A stretch of DNA of 50,440 bases from Planctomycetota bacterium (lineage in GTDB: Bacteria; Planctomycetota; UBA1135; GCA-002686595). Location: contig JBLINP010000001.1 of assembly GCA_047639415.1 (NCBI GenBank), positions 1-50,440 on the forward strand. Direction: 5' to 3'. The position numbers and the translations under genes are program-made. A model generated the notes under the pieces. That model searched no databases, had not been told where the DNA came from, and saw only the letters and a list, made by a program, of their open reading frames with translations. This document shows, in pieces, positions 17,634 through 26,341 of this stretch; position 1 is the stretch's first letter, and every line of letters starts with the position of its first letter.

Positions 17634-18821
17634 ATGTTTTTCTCAACGCACAGATCATCGCTCGCCTTCGTTGTGCTGTTCGGTGTACTCACCAATACAG
17701 CGATTCCGACCGAGCTCGTGAGTGATTCTTCGCCTAGTTTCAGCCCTATTTCGCCAACTTCGCAAAACGCGCCCAAACTCAAGAACTCAAAGGATTGGGC
17801 CAACCTCGCCTTCGTTGAGTTTGACGATCTAGCTGGTCCTGTTTATGCAGGGCAATCGATTCAGTTGCGATTGATCTTCGGCATTGAATCGAACCTGGCT
17901 CGCAACGGCTTGCAACAACTGTTTCGCAAAGCACTCGATCTGCCCGTTCAAATCGATTCCTCCGCTCTCGGTTTGCGTGACTCCGACCAAGAAGATTTGA
18001 ATTTCACCGTTGAAGCTCTGGATCTATCGACAATCGACGCCACTAGAGGTGGCCGTACTTTCGTGCTAAATGGCGAACTCGCCCGTTGCAAAGCTTTGGG
18101 ACAGACAAGCCGCTCTGGCGTTGCCTTTGATCAATTTGAATACGTAAGTCGCGTCCAGGCCAAACGAGCCGGACTGCTGCATATCGAGGGGCCATCACTT
18201 CGCTTCGCCTATTCCAGCGAAACTCAAAAGGACCTTTTCGGCCGCCAAGTTCATGTCGATCGCATAGACGCCGAACTCACCTGCGCAGATTTTGCGTTTG
18301 TGATTGCGCCCTTGCCCGAGCGCGGTCGCCCACCCGAATTTACCGGAGCCATCGGACGCTTTGAAATCTCCTCAAGCGTGAGTGAGCGCGTCCTCGGACC
18401 CGCCGAACACTTCGATTACACCATCTTCATAACGGGCGAGGGAAACCTCAGCGAATTTGCGGCACCACGATTTGATTGGAAGGGCTTTCACTCTTTTGGA
18501 GTTCAAGACACCACATCGAAAGATGAGCGCAGATTTCGATACGACTTATTACCCGATGGAGTTGGAGAGCTCGAGTTAGAAAGTGAAAGCTTCGTTTACT
18601 TCGATCCGAGCCCGCCGGGCACTTATCGAACCATTCAGTTACCGGCCACGAACATTCGAGTGCGCCCAGAACTGGTACCACCGAACGCGATCGAATCCGT
18701 GTCCCCCGTCGATTCTAAATCACCGTCTCAAAGTCACGCACGGAAGCTCTGGATTGGCGGTTGCGTGGCAATTGCGCTGTTCTGGTTCGGCCGCCGAGCT
18801 TTTCGATCAAGCGGTGCCTAA
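17634..18821 (+). CDS. Secreted protein with a C-terminal membrane anchor, possibly BatD-like
   Basis: Signal peptide is MFFSTHRSSLAFVVLFGVLTN. The body is beta-rich and includes TIFITGEGNLSEF. The C-terminal TM is LWIGGCVAIALFWFG followed by RRAF. The BatD assignment is from memory of the family layout only. Confidence 0.35.
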   Translation: MFFSTHRSSLAFVVLFGVLTNTAIPTELVSDSSPSFSPISPTSQNAPKLKNSKDWANLAFVEFDDLAGPVYAGQSIQLRLIFGIESNLARNGLQQLFRKALDLPVQIDSSALGLRDSDQEDLNFTVEALDLSTIDATRGGRTFVLNGELARCKALGQTSRSGVAFDQFEYVSRVQAKRAGLLHIEGPSLRFAYSSETQKDLFGRQVHVDRIDAELTCADFAFVIAPLPERGRPPEFTGAIGRFEISSSVSERVLGPAEHFDYTIFITGEGNLSEFAAPRFDWKGFHSFGVQDTTSKDERRFRYDLLPDGVGELELESESFVYFDPSPPGTYRTIQLPATNIRVRPELVPPNAIESVSPVDSKSPSQSHARKLWIGGCVAIALFWFGRRAFRSSGA

Positions 18822-19984
18822 GCGCCCAATTCGACGCTGATGAATTCGCAGGGAATTGTTCCGTTTTGAACATCCTTTTGCCTGCCGCTGGGTAAGCCTA
18901 ATAGCGGACGCAGCTCCGGATTGCCCAGAATCATGGACAACTGGTACCCCGCACAATCCTCGAAGAGCTTTTGCCCGAAGTCGCGGTAAAGCGACTGGAG
19001 TTCACGCTCATCTCCGACGCGAATTCCATAGGGCGGATTGGTCACAATCGCCGCGTTCCAACCCGGTTTAGTTTTGAACTCACGCGCATCCCGTCGCTCA
19101 AATTGAATCATGTCCGCAAGTCCAGCCGACTCAGCATTTTGCTTGGCGCCTGTCACCTGTTCCGGGTTTTCGTCGGAGCCGTAGATCTTCAGTTTTAAAG
19201 GACGTGCTTCTCGCGCCAGTTCCTTGGAACGAAAGCTCGCGTAGGCTTTGGCGTCGTGACCGGGCCAGCTTTCAAAGCCGAATTTACGCCAACTCCCCGG
19301 GGCAATATTCGCTGCGATAAGACCGGCTTCAATGGCGAGTGTTCCCGAGCCTGAAAACGGATCAATAAATGGCGAGCGACCATTCCAACCCGACAACAAC
19401 ACCATGGCTGCCGCCAGAGTTTCCGAAATCGGTGCGATGCCCTGGTGCTTTCGCCAACCGCGCTTGTGCAAACTGCCACCGGAGGTATCCACCGAAATCG
19501 TGGCTCGGTCTTTGTAGATGTGCGCGTGTATTCGCAAATCGGGTTTATCAACCGATACGGACGGACGCACACCTGTCTTGTGCCGAAACTGATCGACAAC
19601 CGAGTCCTTCACGCGTTGACCGATAAAGTGCGTGTGGAAGACTTCGGAGTCCTTCGATTGTGCGTCGACGAACAGCGTTCCCTCCGGAGTAATGAAATCG
19701 CTCCAATCAACATTCGCGGCGCCTTTGTACAACTTGTCCGCATCCTCGGCATCGAAACGAGCCACCCGCAGAAAAATTCTGACTGCTGTACGCAACCAAA
19801 GATTCGCTCGCCAAATATCCTCAATGCCGCCTTCAAAGTAGATCCCGCCGACTTGGCGCTCGACTTTGCTGAGCTTCAAATCACGAGCTTCAGAGTGCAG
19901 GACAGATTCAAGGCCAGGTGCACAACTGGCAAAGAGTACGAAACGTTTGGACTTCATTTTTTTTGGGTTATTTGCGAACCGCAA
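18818..19984 (-). CDS. THUMP-domain class I SAM-dependent RNA methyltransferase (RlmL N-terminal-half-like)
   Basis: 388 aa. Motif I is IDPFSGSGTLAIEAG and the catalytic motif is IVTNPPYGIRVG. The N-terminal region is THUMP-like. Confidence 0.85.
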   Translation of the reverse strand: MRFANNPKKMKSKRFVLFASCAPGLESVLHSEARDLKLSKVERQVGGIYFEGGIEDIWRANLWLRTAVRIFLRVARFDAEDADKLYKGAANVDWSDFITPEGTLFVDAQSKDSEVFHTHFIGQRVKDSVVDQFRHKTGVRPSVSVDKPDLRIHAHIYKDRATISVDTSGGSLHKRGWRKHQGIAPISETLAAAMVLLSGWNGRSPFIDPFSGSGTLAIEAGLIAANIAPGSWRKFGFESWPGHDAKAYASFRSKELAREARPLKLKIYGSDENPEQVTGAKQNAESAGLADMIQFERRDAREFKTKPGWNAAIVTNPPYGIRVGDERELQSLYRDFGQKLFEDCAGYQLSMILGNPELRPLLGLPSGRQKDVQNGTIPCEFISVELGA

Positions 19985-21877
19985 CTAGCGATGGTGTGGC
20001 GTGGCGTAAATTCCGCTTGGATCGGACGGCGGCGATGCGGGTTTCGAGAGTTCACCACCGGTCAATCCGCTAACTCCACCTCGCCTGGGGTCACTAACGG
20101 CAACGGGAAGGCCATCCGGTTGCAGCCAGATGGCTTGAACACTGGAGCGCGATGGCATGTGGCGAATTTCGTGACCGCGAGTTTCAAGATCAGCCAAAAT
20201 CTCGTCGTTCCAGCCCTCCTCGAAATAGGTCCAGTTGGGACGCCATTGCTGATGCAAGCGTGGAGAGCGAACGGCATCACCAAGGCTTTGCTCCTGAACC
20301 AAGAGGCGCATGATGACTTGAAATACTGCGCTGATGATCCTTGGACCGCCAGGCGCTCCAATCACGAGTGCGACTCGGCTGCCGTCCTTGCGAAGTATGG
20401 TGGGCGTCATCGATGAGAGCGGACGTTTGCCCGTTGCAATCGAATTGGCGGTGCTTCCGACTAGGCCAAAAGCATTGGGGATACCCGCGAGAATAGAAAA
20501 GTCATCCATCTCGTTATTCAGAAGAATGCCGATCTCCCCCACCATGACTCCGCTGCCAAACATTCCGTTGAGCGTCGTAGTCAAACTAACCGCATTGCCC
20601 TCCGCATCGAGAACCGAAAGGTGCGTCGTTTCGGAGGGTTCGGCGCTCTCCACGCTTTTTTTCGCGATTGTCGGCATCGGTTGCACGTCTGTGCCGGCCA
20701 TCGAATTGATTTCGATACGACGTTTGGCAATCCACTCCGAAGACAGGAGTTGTTCGAGCGGGACCGTCGCAAAGGGTGGATCGCCAAGGTGCTCCGCTCG
20801 ATCGGCAAAGCCCATTCGCAAGGCCTCAATCCACCAATGAGTGGCTTTCGCGCTCAAACCAGATTCATCGCTAGCCACTTCCGCATCCGGTTCGAGAGCC
20901 AATTGCCGCTCCGTATCGAGTGGAAATCCATCCAAGATTCGGAGCGCTTGCAAGAGCACGACACCGCCGGAACTCGGCGGTGGCATCGAGACGATTTCGT
21001 AACCGCGAAACCAACCCGCGAGCGGCGTTCGCCACCTCGCTTCGTAATTTTCTAAATCCGCAAGTGTGATCAAGCCCCCACCGCGTAGCATCTCATTCGC
21101 GATCGCCTGTCCAACCAAGCCACCGTAAAAGCCCGCGGGACCTCGCTCCGCAAGACGTTCGAGCGTATCGGCCAGTGCGGGACGACGCAAAATGGTGCCC
21201 GCTTCCTTGGCTTTGCCCAATGGATAGAAAACTCTCCTGGCCGCAGGAGAATCGGACATTTGCTCCCGAATCTGCGGGACGCGCAAATGGTGAGCCAGCC
21301 AAGGATCCACGGTGAAGCCCTCTCGAGCCAACGCAATCGCGGGGGCACACAGTTCTTTGAACGGCATCGTTCCGAGCTCATCCGCCAATTTCCAAAGGCC
21401 TGCGGGAACACCCGGAACGCCAACGGCAAGGTGTCCAAGTTTGGACAGTTCAGCATCGAACTCTCCATCCACGTGATAGCTGTCGGCGCTCAATCCACTC
21501 GGAGCCACTTCACGGAAATCGAGAGCTTGGGGCGATCCGGTGCCATGCGGAACCCAAAGCGCGAAACCGCCACCGCCTAGTCCGCCCGCCTGTGGGTAGA
21601 CCACCGATAAAACCAGAGCGGTTGCAACGGCTGCGTCGGCAGCATTCCCTCCGTCTTCGAGAACCTTCAAACCCGCTGCCGTTGCGAGCGGGTGCTCGCT
21701 GACCACAGCTCCGTGTTTGGGGCGCGGCTCCTCAAATTGTTCTTCACCAATCGGAAGGGCTGCGCAAGCCCAAGTGAGAATCAAGAACGACGCGTAAAGA
21801 CACGCTCGTAAACCCCTCACCCCGTATCGAATCAAATCAGTAGAGCTTGCTAGTCGCCAATCAAAGATTCCGTTCAC
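19985..21877 (-). CDS. ggt: Gamma-glutamyltranspeptidase
   Basis: The autoprocessing/nucleophile region is TTHLSVLDAEGNAVSLTTTLN. GAPGGPRIISAV is present and the N-terminus is hydrophobic. The gene abuts the downstream methyltransferase gene with no gap. Confidence 0.9.
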   Translation of the reverse strand: MNGIFDWRLASSTDLIRYGVRGLRACLYASFLILTWACAALPIGEEQFEEPRPKHGAVVSEHPLATAAGLKVLEDGGNAADAAVATALVLSVVYPQAGGLGGGGFALWVPHGTGSPQALDFREVAPSGLSADSYHVDGEFDAELSKLGHLAVGVPGVPAGLWKLADELGTMPFKELCAPAIALAREGFTVDPWLAHHLRVPQIREQMSDSPAARRVFYPLGKAKEAGTILRRPALADTLERLAERGPAGFYGGLVGQAIANEMLRGGGLITLADLENYEARWRTPLAGWFRGYEIVSMPPPSSGGVVLLQALRILDGFPLDTERQLALEPDAEVASDESGLSAKATHWWIEALRMGFADRAEHLGDPPFATVPLEQLLSSEWIAKRRIEINSMAGTDVQPMPTIAKKSVESAEPSETTHLSVLDAEGNAVSLTTTLNGMFGSGVMVGEIGILLNNEMDDFSILAGIPNAFGLVGSTANSIATGKRPLSSMTPTILRKDGSRVALVIGAPGGPRIISAVFQVIMRLLVQEQSLGDAVRSPRLHQQWRPNWTYFEEGWNDEILADLETRGHEIRHMPSRSSVQAIWLQPDGLPVAVSDPRRGGVSGLTGGELSKPASPPSDPSGIYATPHHR

Positions 21878-22146
21878 AGTTCGAGCTGCTCACCCTCGCT
21901 GATTTCCTCAACCGTTACGCCTCGCTCACGCATGTACTCCACGGCCTTTAAAATGGCAGCGTCTTCGCCCTCAATTTCGACGGCCAGCAAAGCCATCTGC
22001 TCCGTGATACTGGCCGCGCGAATGTTCGGAACCACTCCAAACTTAGCGTGCAGCGTGTGGCTCACGATCGGCTCTTTAATCAGGTCTTGGGGGAAGGTGC
22101 AAAAATACTTGGCGATGGCCATGGCTAGATCTCTTGTAGTCGGCAA
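21874..22146 (-). CDS. Stand-alone NIL-domain protein
   Basis: 90 aa. FPQDLIKEPIVSHTLHAKFGVVPNIRAASITEQMALLAVEIEGEDAAILKAVEYMRERGVTVEEI matches the NIL (MetN C-terminal-like) domain pattern. It overlaps the ggt start by 4 nt. Confidence 0.65.
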   Translation of the reverse strand: MPTTRDLAMAIAKYFCTFPQDLIKEPIVSHTLHAKFGVVPNIRAASITEQMALLAVEIEGEDAAILKAVEYMRERGVTVEEISEGEQLEL

Positions 22147-22171
22147 GGAAGCCGATAACTATTTGGGTCGT

Positions 22172-22909
22172 TCAGGAGCTTGATGATCGCGAACGAGCGA
22201 GGAAAATTCCCAGGCACCCAATCAAGAGAACGATCGGTGCTGAGACTTTTCCATCAAAGGGACGCCGGCGGTCGGAGAACCACTCAGTGCCCGCAGCAGT
22301 ATAAACGCATCGATGCCGCATCCAGTCCACACCGGCGGTTTCGACCAGCAAAGTCACCGGAGAAGCGTCAAAAAGTTGTGAAGCCAAGGCCGGGGACCGT
22401 TGCCCCACGGTTTGCTCACCCAACAAGTTTGCATTTGAACCGCCGGATACTGGCAGCCAGGCCAGCAGGCTCATCACGCAAAGTCCGAGGCCCGCATTTC
22501 GATAGGAATTGCCGCTGGCGAAAGCCCCGATGGTCGATCCAACTAGGAATAAACCACACCAGGCCATCGCCGCCCAGGCCGGATCGGGCAAGCCCGCATT
22601 CGAATCCATTTCGAGGTAGGCCAGCGCGATCATCCAGATTCCCGGCGCCACGAGGCCGAAAGGCCAGGGTCGTAGGCCCTCTGCTCGGGTGAAAATTCCG
22701 ACGGGCAGGGCGAGAACCGCGATCCAGGCCAACCAAAGAATCGAATCGTCGTATCCGGCTAGCAGCGGCAAGGCGCCGATCGCAGAGCAGCCAAAGGCGA
22801 TCAATAGCGGCTGTAAATGACTCCCAGGCTCGTCGGTGACCGGCTCATTTTTGAGCATGTCCTGCAACAGAAGCTTGGCCTTTGTCTTTTGGTCTTCAGC
22901 AGGTTCCAT
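22172..22909 (-). CDS. Polytopic membrane protein, unknown function
   Basis: Several hydrophobic helices are present (LLIAFGCSAIGALPLLAG, LWLAWIAVLALPVGIF, IWMIALAYL and others). I chose the start at MEPAEDQ (22907..22909) to avoid overlap with the divergent sulfatase-like gene; the track ORF extends to 23008. Confidence 0.5.
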   Translation of the reverse strand: MEPAEDQKTKAKLLLQDMLKNEPVTDEPGSHLQPLLIAFGCSAIGALPLLAGYDDSILWLAWIAVLALPVGIFTRAEGLRPWPFGLVAPGIWMIALAYLEMDSNAGLPDPAWAAMAWCGLFLVGSTIGAFASGNSYRNAGLGLCVMSLLAWLPVSGGSNANLLGEQTVGQRSPALASQLFDASPVTLLVETAGVDWMRHRCVYTAAGTEWFSDRRRPFDGKVSAPIVLLIGCLGIFLARSRSSSS

Positions 22910-22968
22910 GTACTTGTTGATTAGCGCCTTCCGACCAGAGCGCACACGCATCATAATCACAGGCACGT

Positions 22969-24414
22969 ATGTTAGCCCGAAGACAACCAATCTCATTCTG
23001 TTTTGCACTCCTATCGAGCCTCCTGCTGATTGCCGGTTCGACGATTTCGTGCGGCCCCAGCGCGCCGGCCAAAGACGACATCCTGTTGATCAGCCTCGAC
23101 ACTTTGCGCTCGGATCATTTGTCCAGCTATGGTTACAGGCGTGAGACCAGTCCTTTTCTGGACAAGCTCGCCAGCGAGGGTGCGCGCTTTGCAGAAGCCC
23201 ATTCCTCCGCGAGCAACACGGCACCGAGCCACATGAGTTTGCTGACGGGGCTCGATCCGCTGGCCCACGGAATTCGCCCCGTGGGTGGTGCCAGAGAAAA
23301 AGTCACTGGACTCTCACCCCGCTCACCCATCCTCGCCGAGATACTGAAATCGGTCGGATATCAAACCGTTGGCATCGCGGACAACGGTTATGTGATGACG
23401 TCGATGGGATTCGATCGCGGCTTCGAATACTTCGACAACCAACGCACCAGCCTGCCGCAAAAGTTGACCATGCTCTCGGTCAAGCTCAAGGAAGTCGATC
23501 CGGATAAGCCGCTGTTCGTTTTCTTTCACACCTACGAGCCGCATGCGCCCTACTTGCCGCCGCCGCCCTTCCACGGCCGTTTCACATCCGAAAGTTACAC
23601 CGGCCCCTTTCGCAAACGCTATGACGATTTGGCGAGCCTGCCCGTTCATGTCGCCTGGAAACAGAAAGGTGACTTTCTAAAAACCTGGGAAGGTATGTCG
23701 GAAGTCGACCTCGACTTTCTACGCGGACTTTATGACGAAGGCATCGCCTATACCGACAGCCGTATCAAACGGCTTTGGTCGATTTGGTCACGTAGGCGCA
23801 ATCCTGAGAAAACGCTTCTAATCATCGTTTCGGATCATGGCGAAGGCTTTAACGAGCATGGCCAACTGGGTCACAAGTACGGCTTGTACTCTGAACTGCT
23901 GCGCGTTCCGTTGATCGTGAGAGGGCCAGGCATTCAACCGATCGTGATCGAGCAACCCGTGAGCTTGACCGACGTGGTTCCGACCATTCTCGATTACTTG
24001 CAACTGCCTAGCAGCACGATGCAGGGCGAATCGTTTTTATCGCTGATGCGCGGCAACGATTCGGAATCCCAACGGTTCGCAGTGAGTCAACTCAATGCCA
24101 AGCGAGGTCTACACGACTCAATCGTTAGTGACAATTTGCACCTCATGCGGTGGAACCGTCCCGAGGGCAATAAGCTCGATCTATTCGATAACACGGTAGA
24201 TCGAGCTGAAAAGGTAAACTCGGCTGATGCGCGCAAGGCGGATGTCACTCGCTTGGAGAAAACTTTGGAGCAACGGCGCGAATTGGGCGAAACGCATCAC
24301 GAGCGTTATCCGAACCTCGTGAATGGTGAACTTTCCGAACAGGACCGAGTCGATTTAGAAGCGCTTGGCTATACCGATGGCCAAGGCTACATCGAGCCTG
24401 ACGAAGACGAATAG
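22969..24414 (+). CDS. Sulfatase-like / alkaline-phosphatase-superfamily hydrolase or transferase (probable lipoprotein)
   Basis: The metal-site start is LLISLDTLRSDHLSSYGY. The position of the sulfatase C/S-x-P-x-R signature reads T-A-P-S-H (SASNTAPSHMSLLTG). IIVSDHGEGFNEHG is also present. The N-terminal signal has Cys in LIAGSTISC. Confidence 0.8.
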   Translation: MLARRQPISFCFALLSSLLLIAGSTISCGPSAPAKDDILLISLDTLRSDHLSSYGYRRETSPFLDKLASEGARFAEAHSSASNTAPSHMSLLTGLDPLAHGIRPVGGAREKVTGLSPRSPILAEILKSVGYQTVGIADNGYVMTSMGFDRGFEYFDNQRTSLPQKLTMLSVKLKEVDPDKPLFVFFHTYEPHAPYLPPPPFHGRFTSESYTGPFRKRYDDLASLPVHVAWKQKGDFLKTWEGMSEVDLDFLRGLYDEGIAYTDSRIKRLWSIWSRRRNPEKTLLIIVSDHGEGFNEHGQLGHKYGLYSELLRVPLIVRGPGIQPIVIEQPVSLTDVVPTILDYLQLPSSTMQGESFLSLMRGNDSESQRFAVSQLNAKRGLHDSIVSDNLHLMRWNRPEGNKLDLFDNTVDRAEKVNSADARKADVTRLEKTLEQRRELGETHHERYPNLVNGELSEQDRVDLEALGYTDGQGYIEPDEDE

Positions 24415-24438
24415 TAAGCCGTAGCGATCCGACCTCCG

Positions 24439-24879
24439 CTAATAGAGGTCGTCTACGAAGTCTTCGTGATCATCCAGAAGTATTTCGTCGTCACCCTCTT
24501 CTGGAGCTAGGTCGGTGAACTCGAAACCGAACCGGCACTTGCCCTCGGCCATTCGCCTCGCCCAAGCCAAACTGCCCGAGCGTTCGATAATTTTGGCGCC
24601 TTGACGCATTTGCAGTGAAAACGGCAGATCGCCACCGATTTCAAAGCACACACCACCGGGCGAAAGGTCCACGCCGCGTGCTTCCACTTCATCAAAGTCG
24701 CCCGTAAACGAGAACGTTCCCACAAACGGCTTCCGCTCTTCGCGTGGATTCACTTCGGCCCAAGCTTTGCCGTTATTTGCGTCGTAACGGACCAAGTCTT
24801 TCTCGAGCTTCGCGAGCCGCTCGCGCAGGAAATCGATTTCGAGAATCAGGTCGTCTTTAAGCTGGGGCAGTTCTTGCAT
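24439..24879 (-). CDS. PilZ-like domain protein with an N-terminal coiled-coil
   Basis: DLSPGGVCFEI matches the PilZ D/NxSxxG motif. The upstream RxxxR motif is degenerate (REERK). The start was taken at MQELPQLKDD; the track ORF extends to 24927. Confidence 0.45.
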   Translation of the reverse strand: MQELPQLKDDLILEIDFLRERLAKLEKDLVRYDANNGKAWAEVNPREERKPFVGTFSFTGDFDEVEARGVDLSPGGVCFEIGGDLPFSLQMRQGAKIIERSGSLAWARRMAEGKCRFGFEFTDLAPEEGDDEILLDDHEDFVDDLY

Positions 24880-25004
24880 GGGATTACTGACGGTTCGGAA
24901 GAGGGAGATGCGTTCTCTCTCTCTCAACGGCCGTCAGTGGACATTCACTAAAGCATGCTTTTGATTTCTAGCACGCTTGAGCGAATGAAAGTTCCAGGCT
25001 CAGC

Positions 25005-25772
25005 TCAATCGCCGGGCTTGTTCGCCTTGCCGGTGTCCGTTTTCGTCGATGTGGAATCTTTTTCCGCTTTGGAATCAGCACTCGTCGCGGCGTCTGGAGC
25101 CACCGATCCATCCACATCCATCGAAGATCGGAACTCGGAAAAGTGCGCATCCAAGCGCTTGTCAAGGTTTCCCCAATAGGCCGCTCCGGCCGCATTGAAG
25201 GTGAACAGCACAACGGCTATGACGGCTGTTCGAATCCAAATGACGGGGTTGTTCCACCACGCAATGGGTTGAGGCAATTCGTCTTCGCCTCCATCGAGGA
25301 AAATCATCCGATTGTCCAGTTCACGCACCCGGCCTTCGAGACGCGATTTCTCCTCGCCCAGCTCTTCAAGTCGACGTTCCTGATCCTCAACCACGCCTTC
25401 CAAGCGCGCGCGGACTTCACGTTCCCCCAAGAGACGCTTTCGCAAAACCATGATCGAGCGGCGCGCTTTATCGCGTTCCGTCTCGAGCTTGGTCGAGGAT
25501 TGCTCGAGCTCGTTCACACGCTCGCGTTCTCCAGGATCCTCACCGTGGAGTACGCGCTCCAAATCCTCCACCGCAGCCTCGGAAAGCTCCGGATAAGCCC
25601 GAATCAGCTCATCTCGCTGCACCCCCGCAACAATGCGACGATCGCGCACCATGCGCGTCGTGTTGAGCGTTCCGCGTTGGATACGCTGCCTGAGTGCTTG
25701 AACCGAAACGCGAGCCAGACGGGCAGCTTCCGTGACGGTGTACATGGTGTCGGAACTTTCAGTGGTGCTCAT
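25005..25772 (-). CDS. Membrane-anchored MerR/excisionase-type HTH protein with a long coiled-coil
   Basis: The HTH is YTVTEAARLARVSVQALRQRIQRGTL. An E/R-rich heptad region follows, then one TM (VIWIRTAVIAVVLFTFNAAGAAYW) and a Ser/Thr/Lys-rich tail. Confidence 0.5.
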   Translation of the reverse strand: MSTTESSDTMYTVTEAARLARVSVQALRQRIQRGTLNTTRMVRDRRIVAGVQRDELIRAYPELSEAAVEDLERVLHGEDPGERERVNELEQSSTKLETERDKARRSIMVLRKRLLGEREVRARLEGVVEDQERRLEELGEEKSRLEGRVRELDNRMIFLDGGEDELPQPIAWWNNPVIWIRTAVIAVVLFTFNAAGAAYWGNLDKRLDAHFSEFRSSMDVDGSVAPDAATSADSKAEKDSTSTKTDTGKANKPGD

Positions 25773-25970
25773 ATCAAGTGGAATAGGCAGGACTCAAATG
25801 GGCTGACGTACGCGAAACGCCGGCCGCGAGACCTTGCCAATGAAGGGTTGGCAATTGGTGCGGTGAGATCAAGCCTTAGCATGCCTGCCCGGGTTCGAAT
25901 CTCATTACAGAAAGATCGCGAACATTCAAATTGTGCCTGGGCCAGGCTTTTCTCATCTCAAACAGAACAC

Positions 25971-26172
25971 TAGCCCGAATTATTCATGAACACGCGGACC
26001 AAACACCATGAACGACCGGCACTGCCGGTCTATTGGTTCCTGCTGGCACTTTGCAGATACTGGCGTCCTCGACGACCTTACAAGGTCGTCTGCGGGGGCA
26101 AGTATCTGCAAAGTGCCAGCAGGAACCAATTCGAGGCGTTTTGCCTCGCGGTTCATGAATAATCCGGGCTAG
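25971..26172. mobile_element. 202-bp nested-palindrome repeat element, copy 2
   Basis: See copy 1. In this copy the 30-bp internal inverted repeat (26032..26061 versus 26101..26130) is perfect and the central hairpin has a 9-bp stem. It lies between the MCP gene 3' end and the HTH gene 5' region. Confidence 0.75.
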
Positions 26173-26341
26173 AGCCCTCCCGAGATCGCCCGGCCACTTC
26201 AGATGAAAGCAAGCACCACAAGTGCACGGCCCACTTCTCACGGTGGGCGCAAATTGCAAAGTGCTAGCGAAGGAGGTCGCTACCGGAGGAAACGGCTCCG
26301 GTAGCAACGATTGGAGTTGTCGCTCGACGGAAAGCTTCCGG

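Noticed and set aside
25887-25903. tRNA T-arm-like string GCCCGGGTTCGAATCTC upstream of the HTH gene. It was considered as a tRNA, a tmRNA 3' end or an att-site remnant.
   Set aside because: The 3' half of the T stem does not pair, and no acceptor, D or anticodon arms can be drawn from the flanking sequence.
26044-26055. TGGCACTTTGCA inside both 202-bp elements (also 11804..11815), which resembles a sigma-54 promoter core.
   Set aside because: The spacing is wrong: GG and GC are separated by 6 nt instead of the required 10.
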